Positions 63,901 through 64,000 of a stretch of DNA of 64,000 nt are shown here, in pieces. The stretch is taken from positions 186,001 through 250,000 of the forward strand of contig JAVKOQ020000003.1 of NCBI GenBank assembly GCA_031835245.2. Reading direction: 5' to 3'. The translations under genes and the position numbers were made by a program. The stretch comes from Balamuthia mandrillaris (Eukaryota). The notes under the pieces were generated by a model, which had not been told where the DNA came from, searched no databases, and was given only the letters and a program-made list of their open reading frames with translations. Position 1 is the first letter of the stretch; each line of letters opens with the position of its first letter.

Positions 63901-64000
63901 TTCCGGAAAGTAGGACAACACGAAGTTGGTGTCATGTTGAAAGTCTCGCTCCAGGTCCTCCCTCGTCTGTTTTGCGCGAGTGACGATTGCTTAGAAGTGC
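60921..64000 (-). CDS. PH-domain PP2C/PPM phosphatase (5' end uncertain, may lie beyond window)
   Basis: PH: EGYLHKRSKNKEWKQRWVVL...RWLLGI. PPM: RCSMED, VFDGHGG, GTT, NLGDSRA, DHKP, SRAIGD, ACDGLWD, DNIT. Confidence 0.92.

Overview
Gene-dense, intron-rich eukaryotic nuclear DNA with short GT-AG introns that often carry (CT)n/(GA)n/(CTT)n microsatellites. This style suggests a free-living amoeba of the Balamuthia/Acanthamoeba type (inference only). About 30 spliced protein genes can be reconstructed, mostly housekeeping: ELMOD, PLCXD, PEX11, eIF2-beta, ASNSD1, CSN1, LIN37, LYRM5, DnaJA, LysRS, MTO1, MINPP1 and a PH-PP2C. The most notable feature is a convergent gene pair at 22.9-26.6 kb. One gene encodes a probably myristoylated LOV(GRNCRFLQG)-SAM-PB1-like protein with all photochemical residues intact. 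The other encodes a degenerate LOV-like PAS domain fused to a catalytically dead-looking class III nucleotidyl cyclase. Together they form a candidate blue-light signalling module. Three intergenic segments (about 18.9-19.1, 22.4-22.7 and 42.9-43.1 kb) fold by eye into multibranch RNA structures that I could not assign to a known family. The window also holds a tail-anchored pseudo-MsrB, an FHA-PBZ-permuted-macrodomain protein and an intronless FAD monooxygenase (HGT candidate). Exon boundaries were read by eye and no database searches were run.
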